In this document: piece by piece, positions 39,667 through 50,270 of the stretch
Layout of the letters: every line of letters begins with the position of its first letter
How positions within the stretch are numbered: the first letter of the stretch is position 1
IMG/VR virus record: IMGVR_UViG_3300028832_000100
DNA from: a virus
Lineage: Duplodnaviria > Caudoviricetes
Length of the DNA stretch: 64,000 nt
Strand: one strand, 5' to 3'
Program-made: the position numbers and the translations under genes
The notes under the pieces: model-generated
What the model was told of the DNA's origin: nothing
What the model saw: the letters and a program-made list of their open reading frames with translations, nothing else
The model's database searches: none

Positions 39667-40925
39667 ACTTCTTCACCTGCAATTCTTGTTAATGAAAGGG
39701 TGGTTTTGTATCCACTTTCATCAATCGTATCATTCTGTGCAGTTATGATATATGTCCCAGAAGATATATGCTTTCTTCCGTAGAATATGGTGTTAATCTT
39801 TAAGTATGTCATAAGCAATGCAGGTCTTAACAAACCCTTAATGGTTAGTTTTGCAGTTATAGGGTATTGTGTAACTCTTGTCCACCATGTCTTATCTGCC
39901 TCTGTAGTCTTATAGAACATCGACTGCCTACTAATAAGTGGCGAGTATATATATTCCAAAACACCGTTGTCATTTATTCTGTAATTGTACTCACTTTGTT
40001 CGATCTTTTGTGAGTAATCATATAGAATAGAATATTGTTGGTTATTATCTATGGTGAAAGAAATCACATTGTTTGGAGAAGGATAACCAATATCAATCGT
40101 ATAAGTATCAAGAGAGTTAATATCAGAAATACTTCTCGCTACTTTCTGTACCTTAAAATAAGGACCGCCAAACTCTCCTGTTGTACTGTCGAAAACAGAT
40201 ATAATATACTTATTTCCTGAAAGCAAGGATTTATTATCTGTAGAGGTTAAACTTGTCATACAAGAAATGAGATAACTCATATAATCTAATACAGAAATAT
40301 TTGACTGTGCCTCTATGACTACTTTTTTATCGTCAGTTGCGATCAAACCTCTGGCTTCAACAAGTTCTCTATCTCTCATTCCATAGAAAACATCTAATAG
40401 CCCATATCTATTATCATACAGGATCTCTGTCAATACCTTGCTCGGCTTTTCATTTCTTCTTGGAAAGAAATATGTACCTGCGGTCAAAGATATTGCATCG
40501 CTCGTACAGGCAATATTATATGAAATCTTGCTTCCCTCAAAACTGAAGGATGAGCGAACATCGCTCATTACGGCTGTTTCTTTTCTGAATATAAATGTTG
40601 GAGATGCTAAATCACCATAACTTAATGTGATCTTACGGTCGGAAGACGCTTTACTGAAAACTTTCTCTAAAAAGTTTGGATCATCCCCTCCGCGAATAGC
40701 ATAATCCATATTCACATTGTAAGTGTTTACCGCTCCATTTATCTTATTTATGGACAAACTTTTAATGTAATTTGGGTAAGAAGCAATTATCTTTTTAGAA
40801 TAACCCTCATTGTCTGTAACACTTTTAGTTTGTTTATCATAAATTCCGAAAGAGTACCCGCCTATTTCCACATTGATAAAAGGAACTTCCACACGGTTTG
40901 TTGTGCTTAATAAATTAAGTGCCAT
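39663..40925 (-). CDS. Baseplate hub protein (gpD/gp27-like)
   Basis: A.LTIKG..P, SGTYIIT...DTI...GYKTTLSL.R. Confidence 0.7.
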   Translation of the reverse strand: MALNLLSTTNRVEVPFINVEIGGYSFGIYDKQTKSVTDNEGYSKKIIASYPNYIKSLSINKINGAVNTYNVNMDYAIRGGDDPNFLEKVFSKASSDRKITLSYGDLASPTFIFRKETAVMSDVRSSFSFEGSKISYNIACTSDAISLTAGTYFFPRRNEKPSKVLTEILYDNRYGLLDVFYGMRDRELVEARGLIATDDKKVVIEAQSNISVLDYMSYLISCMTSLTSTDNKSLLSGNKYIISVFDSTTGEFGGPYFKVQKVARSISDINSLDTYTIDIGYPSPNNVISFTIDNNQQYSILYDYSQKIEQSEYNYRINDNGVLEYIYSPLISRQSMFYKTTEADKTWWTRVTQYPITAKLTIKGLLRPALLMTYLKINTIFYGRKHISSGTYIITAQNDTIDESGYKTTLSLTRIAGEEV

Positions 40926-40945
40926 AAAGCTCCTTTCTCGATGTC

Positions 40946-41266
40946 TTACATTGTTGCAAATGATATATTACTGATTGTCGGTATTTTAATAAGTGTTCCA
41001 ACCTCTATCTCCGAAAATGGGTCTTGAATTCTGTTAAAATCACATATCACCCAATATAGAGTAGGGTTGTTATAATATTTCAGTGAGATGCTGTCAAATG
41101 TATCTCCTAAAACCGATTTATGAATGACATATGGTGTATTGCTCTTTATGTAAGCAGTGGTTCCATAAATGTATTTTTCCGTTTCGGTGTCATAAAAATA
41201 TGGAAAACCTGTGTATCTGGAAATATAGTCATACTGTCTATATGCCTTATTTGTGAGTTTATCCAT
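40946..41266 (-). CDS. LysM-like baseplate protein (gp53/gpX-like)
   Basis: GDTFDSIS.KYYNNPTLYWVICDFN.I.DP...GT.IKIP. Confidence 0.8.
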   Translation of the reverse strand: MDKLTNKAYRQYDYISRYTGFPYFYDTETEKYIYGTTAYIKSNTPYVIHKSVLGDTFDSISLKYYNNPTLYWVICDFNRIQDPFSEIEVGTLIKIPTISNISFATM

Positions 41267-41836
41267 TTACTTATACAACGACCTTTCTAATGTTCTTGCC
41301 AACCCACGGAACGAACCTGTCTTTGTCACCGTTTCCGCATCATATGGATCAACCTCTGCTACTGTAAACTGAATCTCAATGGACGCATACTTATTGCTCT
41401 CTAAAAGAGGAAGTCCGTAAGTAACGGTAATTCCACCTGTTAAAACACCTTTGATAAATATGTCGCTTCCAAATCTAACAGCAACCATTGGTGGATCTAC
41501 CATTTTATTCTCGATTGCATATCTTGGAAGAGAAGCTGCCTGTAATTGCTTGATTATTGTATCAACATAATCATCACCAATTTCAACTGCAAGATTGCTT
41601 ACATTTACATTAAGTGCCTCAAACATATCTCTTCTTAAGGTTAAATTTATGTTTATAGTTCTCGGACCTGAATAACTATATGAGAAGATTGGAGCTGTTC
41701 TCATCATTATGGGTGTTTGGGCGAATGTTGTTGCCATTGCGTCACTCACTGTTTCTGGCACTGTTGGTAATACAACAAAGGCATCGAGATGATAAAGATA
41801 GATGTAATTGTCAATTAAATTTATATTCTCCATCAC
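41267..41836 (-). CDS. Tail tube initiator-like protein
   Basis: P..VSD, R.AP..SYS.SGPRT, PPMV..RFG. Confidence 0.65.
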   Translation of the reverse strand: MMENINLIDNYIYLYHLDAFVVLPTVPETVSDAMATTFAQTPIMMRTAPIFSYSYSGPRTININLTLRRDMFEALNVNVSNLAVEIGDDYVDTIIKQLQAASLPRYAIENKMVDPPMVAVRFGSDIFIKGVLTGGITVTYGLPLLESNKYASIEIQFTVAEVDPYDAETVTKTGSFRGLARTLERSLYK

Positions 41837-43125
41837 ACATCCTGACCTTTCGTTACAACCTCTTCACCGAGAACATCAACATACCCACAAACATCTGCTC
41901 TTACATTCGGGACTTTAGTACTACCTATATCCTCATTCATAATCAACGAGAATATATAGTTTCTAATAGAATCATTCCACACACCCTTTGTGTATGTCCC
42001 CTTAAAGACTTTATTGAAATAGTTCCTGTGCGCCGAAGATGTAATATACTCTTGTACCCTTGCTATGTTCTCATCAATGGTGTCTGCTTGTGATATAACA
42101 CTCAATAGTAGGTATTGCGGGAGTGTGTCTGTAAAAGCGTATGTTTCTCCATCATTTATCCAATTAAACTTTAACGGACTTAAAAGATCATACCCACCAT
42201 AATTTGATGGACTACCCCTCCCATTAGTATATTCTGGAATTGGGTAGGATCCTTCTACATCTCTTTTAAGAATGTTTGAGTAGTTTCCTTCCAATACCAC
42301 GATAGATGATGTATTAGACACAGGAACTTTTATCAGCAGTCTTAATATTCTCTCATATTGAGAACAATCATCCGCTGTATCTTGAATATTTGTTGCGGAT
42401 GTATTTTCGGATGCGCTTACTTCTCCCCACTCTATCGATGGCAATATTTCCGGTTTACTAAATTTTGAATAATACCTTATCCAAGGAGATGCATCACTAT
42501 TTATATTTGATTTTTCCCATAGTATCTTTGATTTGTCTGATATATATCCGTTTCTTCCGTAGAAGCATGGCAGAACTTCAAACCCTGTATCTGAATCAAT
42601 GTATATGGAATATTCTTTACCAAACTTGATAGGTACGGAACAAACTTTATACCCGTCTGCGCTGGATTTCTCAACAATAGGAACGAGTTTTTTCTTTTCA
42701 GAATCGAAAGTGAAAGTGAAATTGACATCATCTACAAACACACTGTTGAAACAGTTGTAAAAGGGCATCAAATTCATGTTATAATAAGCATTAAATGTCC
42801 TAATATACTCTCCAAGCCAGTAGTGATCCATAGGTGTATATGCTCCTGAATCTCCTATTCTTGTTGTAGTTAAATTAGGATATTTTGCACCATACACAAA
42901 TGGCTGAATTTCTGTAAAAGAACTGTTATCTATTTTTTGGTGCGATCCGCTTTTATCACATCTATATAGTTTAGAATTGTATATATAAAGTCCACCCTTT
43001 TTGGTAAACATCTTTCCTGATGTCACAGATGGACTAAAGAATGGGATAATTGGAATGTTAAACCTTGAAAGGAGATATTTTACATATTTTGTTATGATTG
43101 TATCATCATATATTTTGGTATACAT
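41833..43125 (-). CDS. Hypothetical virion protein
   Basis: 430 aa, between tape measure and baseplate genes. Confidence 0.5.
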   Translation of the reverse strand: MYTKIYDDTIITKYVKYLLSRFNIPIIPFFSPSVTSGKMFTKKGGLYIYNSKLYRCDKSGSHQKIDNSSFTEIQPFVYGAKYPNLTTTRIGDSGAYTPMDHYWLGEYIRTFNAYYNMNLMPFYNCFNSVFVDDVNFTFTFDSEKKKLVPIVEKSSADGYKVCSVPIKFGKEYSIYIDSDTGFEVLPCFYGRNGYISDKSKILWEKSNINSDASPWIRYYSKFSKPEILPSIEWGEVSASENTSATNIQDTADDCSQYERILRLLIKVPVSNTSSIVVLEGNYSNILKRDVEGSYPIPEYTNGRGSPSNYGGYDLLSPLKFNWINDGETYAFTDTLPQYLLLSVISQADTIDENIARVQEYITSSAHRNYFNKVFKGTYTKGVWNDSIRNYIFSLIMNEDIGSTKVPNVRADVCGYVDVLGEEVVTKGQDV

Positions 43126-43140
43126 TTTTATCTCCTTTTA

Positions 43141-45030
43141 TTACCAAGATGGTTCTCCAACGGCTTTGCCAACCATCAATCTACCGCCAATTATTACGGT
43201 TCTTAACATATCTCTTATTTCACTGACATTTTCAGACATTGCTTTTTCATAGGCTTCCATTTTAGCAGTATTGTCCCTTATCTCCGGAACGATTTTAGTT
43301 TGATCCTCATCTGCACCTGTTGTTTCTTCAGACGCTTTATCTTTTGCAGAGGTTACTGTTTGTTTATACAGGTCGGAATAACTCGCATTTCCCGCAAAGC
43401 CACTTTCGGAAGTTCCTTGACCGAAACCTCTTGTGGTAATGGTAGTTCCACCTCTTGGGGTATAATCCGCGCCTCCCCAAGAAGACAAATTCATTGTCTT
43501 ACCCATCAACCCACCAATAATCGACGGTATTGATGTCATCAAGGATGTTCCTATCAACCCGATCTTAACCAACTGATTTACATTCGCGTTTAGGTCAACA
43601 CCTGTACCAAGAGCTGATACGAATGGAATGTTAATACCGCCTGTTGCTTTTTCTACAAGGTCGTTTATCATCCATGTGGTGTACATTACTGCATTATTAG
43701 CAATCCCACCACCAATATTTGCAATTGTGTTATCAAAAACATTCTTGATCTTTTCTGACAAGTGCTGTCTGCTTCCAACCTGACTTAACTGATAGGAGGT
43801 CTCTTCAAGCATCCCGCTATAACTTAATGCAGTTCCAGAAATCGATCTTAATGTTTCAGCATCTAAGTTTGAAATAGCAGCCAGGTCTGAAATAGATAAA
43901 CCAAACAGACTTGCATAACTACTCTTAACAACATTGCTTGTACTCTGCGCTATTGTTTGACCATACTCTACAATGCTTCTTAAAATTCTATTCAAATCAG
44001 AAGCAGTTAGCCCACCTGTCAGAGTAGATCCATAGGAAACACCTGCTCTACCACTTGCCATTACAAGAAGTGATTGCAACGCTTGATTTCCTGCCAATGA
44101 GGATATATCACCTGTTCCAAGTGCGTTGATTCCTTTTGCTAATGAAGAAAGAGTAGACTCATTAACACCAACAGATGCCAATGCACCCAACCACTTTTGT
44201 ACAACAAATTCAAGTTCTGCTGCTTCTTTTTGATTTTTAAGTGAACTCACACCAAGAAGAGCCGCTGATACTGCATCAAATGATGTTGATAGGTAAGAAG
44301 TGTCTCTAAATTCAGCGTTTAAGAATCTGGTTAGAGCGGCTTCCATGCCCAAACGAGCAGCGGTAGAATCTGCCTGTTGAATACGGATTAACTGCAGTAG
44401 AGTTCCATTAGCAGCATCAAAGGTTGTTGCAATGTCCTCTTTTACCGTCTGTAAAAATGCTCTTTGTTCTACATTATAGGCAATACCCTTTTCAACAAGA
44501 GAACCTAAATTTTCAAGAACCTTTGTTTGCGAAACATATGGACTTGATCCGACATTTTTTCGGACCATATCATACATTTTTTGGAAAGTGTTATTACTGC
44601 CTTGTATTCTTGCATTAACAGCAGATTGGTATTTTGTAAGAAGATCTGCCATCTGCGTAACGCTTTGTTCTGCTTTTGCATATGCTGCTTTCGTGGTGTT
44701 CTCCACTGCAAGTTGCAAAGATGCAGATAGCCTATCTCCGAATTTTTCGGCATACTTTGCTTGATCTTCCAACATCTCCCTACGGAGTTTTCTTTCTTTT
44801 TCTACATTTTCGGAAGCAAGCTTTGCACTATATGTAGACAGAGCTTTAGCGTACTCTTTTTCAGTTATGAACTTCTTCTTTAATAAGTCTTTTAACTGCT
44901 TATCGTACTCTTTAAGGCTCTGGTTGTCGCGCTTTCTTTGTCTTTTTTCTTCAGACGAAACTGCGTCGGAGGATCGACTGAGTTCGTCGGCAAGGCTACC
45001 ACTTCTACCTGGTCTATCTATTGTTGCCAT
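43141..45030 (-). CDS. Tape measure protein (putative)
   Basis: Helical, Ala/Gly/Ser-rich, about 629 aa; follows the tail chaperone; GGAGG RBS. Confidence 0.7.
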   Translation of the reverse strand: MATIDRPGRSGSLADELSRSSDAVSSEEKRQRKRDNQSLKEYDKQLKDLLKKKFITEKEYAKALSTYSAKLASENVEKERKLRREMLEDQAKYAEKFGDRLSASLQLAVENTTKAAYAKAEQSVTQMADLLTKYQSAVNARIQGSNNTFQKMYDMVRKNVGSSPYVSQTKVLENLGSLVEKGIAYNVEQRAFLQTVKEDIATTFDAANGTLLQLIRIQQADSTAARLGMEAALTRFLNAEFRDTSYLSTSFDAVSAALLGVSSLKNQKEAAELEFVVQKWLGALASVGVNESTLSSLAKGINALGTGDISSLAGNQALQSLLVMASGRAGVSYGSTLTGGLTASDLNRILRSIVEYGQTIAQSTSNVVKSSYASLFGLSISDLAAISNLDAETLRSISGTALSYSGMLEETSYQLSQVGSRQHLSEKIKNVFDNTIANIGGGIANNAVMYTTWMINDLVEKATGGINIPFVSALGTGVDLNANVNQLVKIGLIGTSLMTSIPSIIGGLMGKTMNLSSWGGADYTPRGGTTITTRGFGQGTSESGFAGNASYSDLYKQTVTSAKDKASEETTGADEDQTKIVPEIRDNTAKMEAYEKAMSENVSEIRDMLRTVIIGGRLMVGKAVGEPSW

Positions 45031-45049
45031 CAATCTACCTCCTGATTAG

Positions 45050-45290
45050 TTATTTTTTCCTTTTTGTTGCTTTTTCTAATTGTTTTCTATTTATTTCTAT
45101 TTCTTCTAAAATCAAGTCAATTACACGGTTTCTCTCAGTTGGGGTCATTTTTCCAACCTCCGTATATGGAGTGTTTGTATTTTTAGAAATAAAATATCTT
45201 TCTTGTATTATTTTGTTAAACATTGTAACTGCCCACGGTTTTCCGTCTTGGTCAGTCTTCGGGTCCATAAAACTCAGAGGTAATGCGAAA
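45050..45290 (-). CDS. Tail chaperone C-terminal extension (+1 frame) or separate small gene from ATG 45268
   Basis: Overlaps the 3' end of 45252..46010; MTPTERNRVIDLI pattern. Confidence 0.55.
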
Positions 45291-46010
45291 CGGACTGCGG
45301 AAAGTATTACCGCATGCCTCACATTCATACTCAATGCTTGTATTTATTCCGATTGCTGCAATTAGTTTTTCTTGCGCTTTAGTGATCTTATTTGTATCAG
45401 CCATTGGAAGATTTCTTATGAAAGTTTCCAATTTGAATGGATCAAGTCTTTCTCCGTCAATTGTTTCGATCATTGCACAAATAGAAAATAGGAGTGATTG
45501 GTCTGTCTTGGAATCTGGGAATTTCTTTTGAAAGTCTTTCTTCCGTATTTCTATATTATCATAATCTCTTGGAGTTTGAATTTTTAGTTTGACTTCTTTT
45601 TTAGATCTCGGAAGCGTAACAGACAGCATGGAATCTATATCCTCTGGAAATGGTAGAATCTCCATCTCATCGAGGTTTATTGTCTTCGCTACCCTCTCCC
45701 CACAGAATGGGCAAAACGAATCTAATCTATAATTAGGTCCGTATGTTGCGGTACGCAATTTGTGAAGTAGATATTGATAATCTCCAAGACACATATCATA
45801 AGATGATATTCCAATCTTTTCTCCAACAATGCAGTCATCAATAATGTCACAAATCAATTTTAGAGGTCTTTCTGATTTTGATAAGCGACGCATTTCTTCT
45901 TCTGTCGTCATGGATCTAATTTTGAACTCCGGGTTTACTTTTCTGTCAAAATAAACCTTTCCACCACTTGGCAATACTCCTTGTTCAAAAATGGTGTATT
46001 CTTCTGCCAT
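45252..46010 (-). CDS. Tail assembly chaperone / gp26-like hub assembly protein
   Basis: LPSGG..Y, IRSMTTEEE, GDYQYLL..LR..TYG, CPFC and CEAC; lies between tube and tape measure. Confidence 0.75.
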   Translation of the reverse strand: MAEEYTIFEQGVLPSGGKVYFDRKVNPEFKIRSMTTEEEMRRLSKSERPLKLICDIIDDCIVGEKIGISSYDMCLGDYQYLLHKLRTATYGPNYRLDSFCPFCGERVAKTINLDEMEILPFPEDIDSMLSVTLPRSKKEVKLKIQTPRDYDNIEIRKKDFQKKFPDSKTDQSLLFSICAMIETIDGERLDPFKLETFIRNLPMADTNKITKAQEKLIAAIGINTSIEYECEACGNTFRSPFRITSEFYGPED

Positions 46011-46033
46011 ATAAATTTTCTCCCAATAGTAAA

Positions 46034-46068
46034 ATTAGGGGACTAATAATGTTATATTGTCCCCTAAT
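46034..46068 (-). terminator. Stem-loop after the tail tube gene
   Basis: ATTAGGGGAC...GTCCCCTAAT followed by TTT. Confidence 0.55.
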
Positions 46069-46082
46069 AATATATACAATTT

Positions 46083-46667
46083 TTATTCTTCGTCAGAACC
46101 CATTGCTCTTGCACTATCGAATGAGATTGTAGCAGTAACGGTTCTTGCGTCACCATTCTCTACATTAAGGGCATCTTGCTGAATTGAAGAAACCCAACAA
46201 CCTTTCATAAGCCACTGACGAACGACTTTTGAATAATCAACATCATACTGAATCAAGTAGCAATCTTTTTTATAGGCTGTCATCTTTCCAGTAAGCTGTG
46301 TGTCAGGGTTGTAAGCTAATCTCTGCCATGATTGAAGAACAGATAAACCATCGGCACCGATGAAGTCTCTTATAGTGATACTACCATCCTCGAAAGTGGG
46401 AAGACCAGCTACTTTCATAACAGAATTTCCTCTGCGGATTTCAACAGGTGCGATTGTGTAGTTAGGAATATTTGCTGTTACAACCGAGAAGGTAAGAACT
46501 TCCTGACCATTTGTAATATAATCGTTTGTAGCATTTCCAAGTGCACCAGGCTTTAGAAGACTGTCAAGACCAGTCACAACGAATTGGAATGTATTACTTC
46601 TTTGTGGCTCGTAAAGAGCAGCATTGTCTGAAAAATAATATGCACCTACATTAGTTACTTCTGCCAT
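46083..46667 (-). CDS. Tail tube protein (gp19-like)
   Basis: EPQRSNTF, GN...KVAG.PTF, YKKD, W.MKGCW. Confidence 0.85.
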   Translation of the reverse strand: MAEVTNVGAYYFSDNAALYEPQRSNTFQFVVTGLDSLLKPGALGNATNDYITNGQEVLTFSVVTANIPNYTIAPVEIRRGNSVMKVAGLPTFEDGSITIRDFIGADGLSVLQSWQRLAYNPDTQLTGKMTAYKKDCYLIQYDVDYSKVVRQWLMKGCWVSSIQQDALNVENGDARTVTATISFDSARAMGSDEE

Positions 46668-46680
46668 TTTTCTCTACTCC

Positions 46681-48345
46681 TTACTGAATAAGTGTTATTT
46701 GACTGTCTGTAAGTTCTACAGTAATATCAAAGTCTTCTACTGCTTCCACGCAATACAGAGTTACTCTTGCCACGAGTGTTGCTTTTTTATCTGTTGCAAG
46801 TCTTACAATCTTATAATTAGAAAGACCGTTGTTACCAACCATTTGGTCAAGAAGTGGTGTGATCTGCGCCTTAAAGTTGATCCACAAAATGTTGTTATTC
46901 TGATCGAAAGTGCAACGCTTCGCAGCTACCCAAATTGTTCTCTTAACATCATTAGCAAGTTGACGAATATTCATAAAGGAACTTGCAGTAAGATCACCTT
47001 CAAGGAAGTTATTCTTCAATGTTCTATTACCCCAAACCCTAATTCCGTATGGTTTGACATTAATGATCGGTATAAGCGAAACATCATTTCTTGGCTGAAG
47101 AACTTCACTCATTGCATTTGTAATTCCGGTATCCGTACTCTTAAGATTAGGAATTACACCTCTTGTAACACCGGCACAAGCATACCAGTTAGCATTTGTA
47201 ATAACAGAATTAGCAAATGCACTTAACCAGGCAAATACTGGTGATAGAGTTTCTTCCTCTTTTGTCGATGGAGAATAGAATACAAGGTCTTTACAAGCAG
47301 GAACACCGCAATAGATACCAGGTTCCTCACCTCTACTATTTTTAGGAAGATAGGTAATCCATGTTTTGATATTTTCTCTAATATCCTCAAAATCAGGAGA
47401 AGCTGTTTTGTAGAAATCAAGGATAGCGGTGATATCACCACGGCTACTTGCAATATCAACCAGATTGTTTGCAATAGTATAATATGAGCTTCCAGTATTC
47501 ATAGATGGATAACCACCAGTTGTTATGAACTTGAATACATATTCGCCTTTATCCTTTAGTTTGGATAGATTGCTCTCTGTGCTAATGTATGTAAATAGCA
47601 AATCTGGTGTAAATTCATCATCTGTTAGTGGTGCGTCTATCGTGAGATAGGTTGGTTCCAAAAGATCAAAAGATGTAAAGGATGCAGCTAATCCGTTCTC
47701 TGAATCAACCACGGTAAAATTAATTAGTCCGGTTTTATCCACGAATGAACCTGTACCTCTAATATACAAAATACTCGGATAGGATTCTGCAACCTCTGGG
47801 TCAAAAGTAAAAATCGTTTCAAGAGGGGCAACACTACTTATATGATCTGTTTCGCTAGAATCTCTACCAACTTGTATAGTATAATATATATGATCTTCGG
47901 TTTCATCTGTATATGTAGCTATTAACTTGAACCATGTTAGGTTAGAATATATGCCTGTGTATAGAGATGTAACGGTGGCTGCGGTGCCATGACCGACTTC
48001 TGCTTCAATAGATTCTGATCCGTACCAATAAGCACTTGGACTAACCCTTTCATAAAGAATTGGTAAACCAAGTCTTAACAAGTCCGATGCAAATACATAA
48101 GACTTTTCATACTCCCCTTTAATCACCGACCACGGGATAAGTGAGGAAACTGTTGATTCTGCAGTGTTTCTATACACATAAGGAGAATCACCAAAAATGC
48201 TCTTAAACTCCTCCAATGTGTTACAAAGTGTCGGTTGATTAACCGGACCGGTTACTGCGTAGCCGGGAACATATACTGCATTTGTTGTTACATCTGACAC
48301 ACCAGCAGTAGATGTATCAACTTCTGTGATTTTAATTTGTGGCAT
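46681..48345 (-). CDS. Tail sheath protein (gp18-like)
   Basis: GYAVTGP.NQPT..EEF..IFG, WYACAG..RG, VWGNRTL, NIRQL. Confidence 0.92.
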   Translation of the reverse strand: MPQIKITEVDTSTAGVSDVTTNAVYVPGYAVTGPVNQPTLCNTLEEFKSIFGDSPYVYRNTAESTVSSLIPWSVIKGEYEKSYVFASDLLRLGLPILYERVSPSAYWYGSESIEAEVGHGTAATVTSLYTGIYSNLTWFKLIATYTDETEDHIYYTIQVGRDSSETDHISSVAPLETIFTFDPEVAESYPSILYIRGTGSFVDKTGLINFTVVDSENGLAASFTSFDLLEPTYLTIDAPLTDDEFTPDLLFTYISTESNLSKLKDKGEYVFKFITTGGYPSMNTGSSYYTIANNLVDIASSRGDITAILDFYKTASPDFEDIRENIKTWITYLPKNSRGEEPGIYCGVPACKDLVFYSPSTKEEETLSPVFAWLSAFANSVITNANWYACAGVTRGVIPNLKSTDTGITNAMSEVLQPRNDVSLIPIINVKPYGIRVWGNRTLKNNFLEGDLTASSFMNIRQLANDVKRTIWVAAKRCTFDQNNNILWINFKAQITPLLDQMVGNNGLSNYKIVRLATDKKATLVARVTLYCVEAVEDFDITVELTDSQITLIQ

Positions 48346-48347
48346 TT

Positions 48348-49004
48348 TTACTTCTCCTCATTTGTTGTAATAAGTATCGGTTTGTCTATTTCTACCTTGA
48401 CCTCTCCACCTTCTATATGGTAAGGTTTCTTAATAGGAACAGAGAATAAATAAGCATTGCTCACTCTTAAACTGATAGTCCATCTTGTAAACTGACCGGG
48501 GACTAATCTTTCCGGTATATCTGAATTATCTGTTATTGGAGATTCCATATCTAATGTACACTGGTGAATGTAATGTGCATCATTATAGGGAATGTCTATC
48601 TCCATCTCTGGGTGGTTAATTAGATTGAATGTAAAATTTCTTAAATACTCGTCTGCTTCCTCAGCATATCTCGTATAAATATCAATTTGATACCCGAGAT
48701 CAATAGGAATTGCATTGAGTGTGCTTACATTGCAATAGATTAACCCATTTTCGTCCTCTTTGTGTTCGCCTTTAAGTCTTTTACCACTAAAGGACAATGT
48801 GTTTTTATTTGTGTTTTTTATCTCAACATCTCTCCGTCTTCGTATTGCTACGAGCGGAAGGGCTATTGGTTTATCGTTGTTTATGTCTGCTTGATATTCA
48901 AACAGTCTTCTTGTTTCATCTGGTGATGTTATCTTAATTGAGTCATCTCTAACCCATTTTCTAATCTTGTTAGCAAGTGCCTCATCATAATATCTCATTG
49001 CCAT
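48348..49004 (-). CDS. Tail terminator / gp15-like protein
   Basis: IALPLVAI.R, IP.DL.YQIDIYTR; upstream of the sheath gene. Confidence 0.65.
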   Translation of the reverse strand: MAMRYYDEALANKIRKWVRDDSIKITSPDETRRLFEYQADINNDKPIALPLVAIRRRRDVEIKNTNKNTLSFSGKRLKGEHKEDENGLIYCNVSTLNAIPIDLGYQIDIYTRYAEEADEYLRNFTFNLINHPEMEIDIPYNDAHYIHQCTLDMESPITDNSDIPERLVPGQFTRWTISLRVSNAYLFSVPIKKPYHIEGGEVKVEIDKPILITTNEEK

Positions 49005-49435
49005 GATTGTTCACCGCCCTCTTCCAAGAATTCATCATACAGATCATTTACATTTTCATCAAAGTATTCTATTGTTTTTGTCCATACAGGATAAGAAGAT
49101 AATTGAAGATTTCCCTCATCTATTAACTGAACCATTCCTGCAAAGGTTAATTGTGAGTTTGGTATATATGCGTTCGGATCAATGAATATCCTATATACTC
49201 TTTCATCTACATGGGAGTAGGTTAAATAGTTCATTGCTCCTACTAATATATTGCATGATGATATTCTTTTGTTCAGTTTTTCTCCAATACTTCCATCACC
49301 GTTAAGATATGCATCAATCCTGTCTGTTTGATCTTCGTTTATACTATCTATAAAATAGTCTATCATTTGTGGCATGAGCCATTTTATGAATTCTGTAAGA
49401 TCTTCACCAGAATTATTATTCAAAACTAATTCCAT
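48995..49435 (-). CDS. Hypothetical protein
   Basis: 146-aa ORF in the head-tail region. Confidence 0.5.
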   Translation of the reverse strand: MELVLNNNSGEDLTEFIKWLMPQMIDYFIDSINEDQTDRIDAYLNGDGSIGEKLNKRISSCNILVGAMNYLTYSHVDERVYRIFIDPNAYIPNSQLTFAGMVQLIDEGNLQLSSYPVWTKTIEYFDENVNDLYDEFLEEGGEQSWQ

Positions 49436-50270
49436 GTTCTTTTGGATTAAATTTTATCTTTTTTAACAGGGCTATCAATTGATCTTTTTCCTCTTCTTTT
49501 AAGTTAGAAGTGTCGATAGCGGTGTTCTCCCTGTCTCTTTTAAAGGAAGCACTTTTAGGACCGATTCTCGTCAATTCATCTGTTAAGTATTCTCTTGTTA
49601 TCCCCTGTTCATTCCCGTGTTTTATTATATTCCCTATCTCTTTCTCGGCATCTTCTCTTTTTAGAGGATTGTCTCTGTGTTTATTTACTCTATCTAATCC
49701 AGTGGTTAGTGCTTGAATCGTGTTAAGAAAGAAGGTCTTTGTCTCGTCTCCTTCTGTAATTTTTTTCCAAACATTGAATATCGCTTGATCGAAAAGGGCA
49801 TTCTCACCGCTATAAGCGACACTGCTGTCCTCTTGAATACAATTTATATAAAAATCTGATAGTTCACTTTCAAATGATCCATACTTTTTAGATGTATCTA
49901 AAAAGGCGACAAATGGATTATCATCGTCAACGCCTTCTTCTACGATAGAGTCTTCAACTATCTCGTTGTTTAAATAATTTTCCTTGTCTTCTCCATACTT
50001 GCTCAAAAGATATGCTTTTCCATAGGATCTTCTTTGCACGGGGTCTTCTGAATTATTAAATATTTCAAACCACTCATCTGCACTTTTGGAAGATGGATTT
50101 TTTTCTGCTTTCAATGCATAAGCGGTATCCCTACCCGCTCTTGCACCGGACTTCTGTATAGGGGAACCTAACCCTCTATTAATAGCACCAGCAGTACCTT
50201 TAATAGCATTTTTTATTGCATTTCCTATTTTACTACCATTTTTCGGTTCTGCCATGTCAATCTTCCTCAT
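49416..50270 (-). CDS. Hypothetical protein (likely start 50255)
   Basis: About 280-aa ORF. Confidence 0.5.
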   Translation of the reverse strand: MRKIDMAEPKNGSKIGNAIKNAIKGTAGAINRGLGSPIQKSGARAGRDTAYALKAEKNPSSKSADEWFEIFNNSEDPVQRRSYGKAYLLSKYGEDKENYLNNEIVEDSIVEEGVDDDNPFVAFLDTSKKYGSFESELSDFYINCIQEDSSVAYSGENALFDQAIFNVWKKITEGDETKTFFLNTIQALTTGLDRVNKHRDNPLKREDAEKEIGNIIKHGNEQGITREYLTDELTRIGPKSASFKRDRENTAIDTSNLKEEEKDQLIALLKKIKFNPKEHGISFE

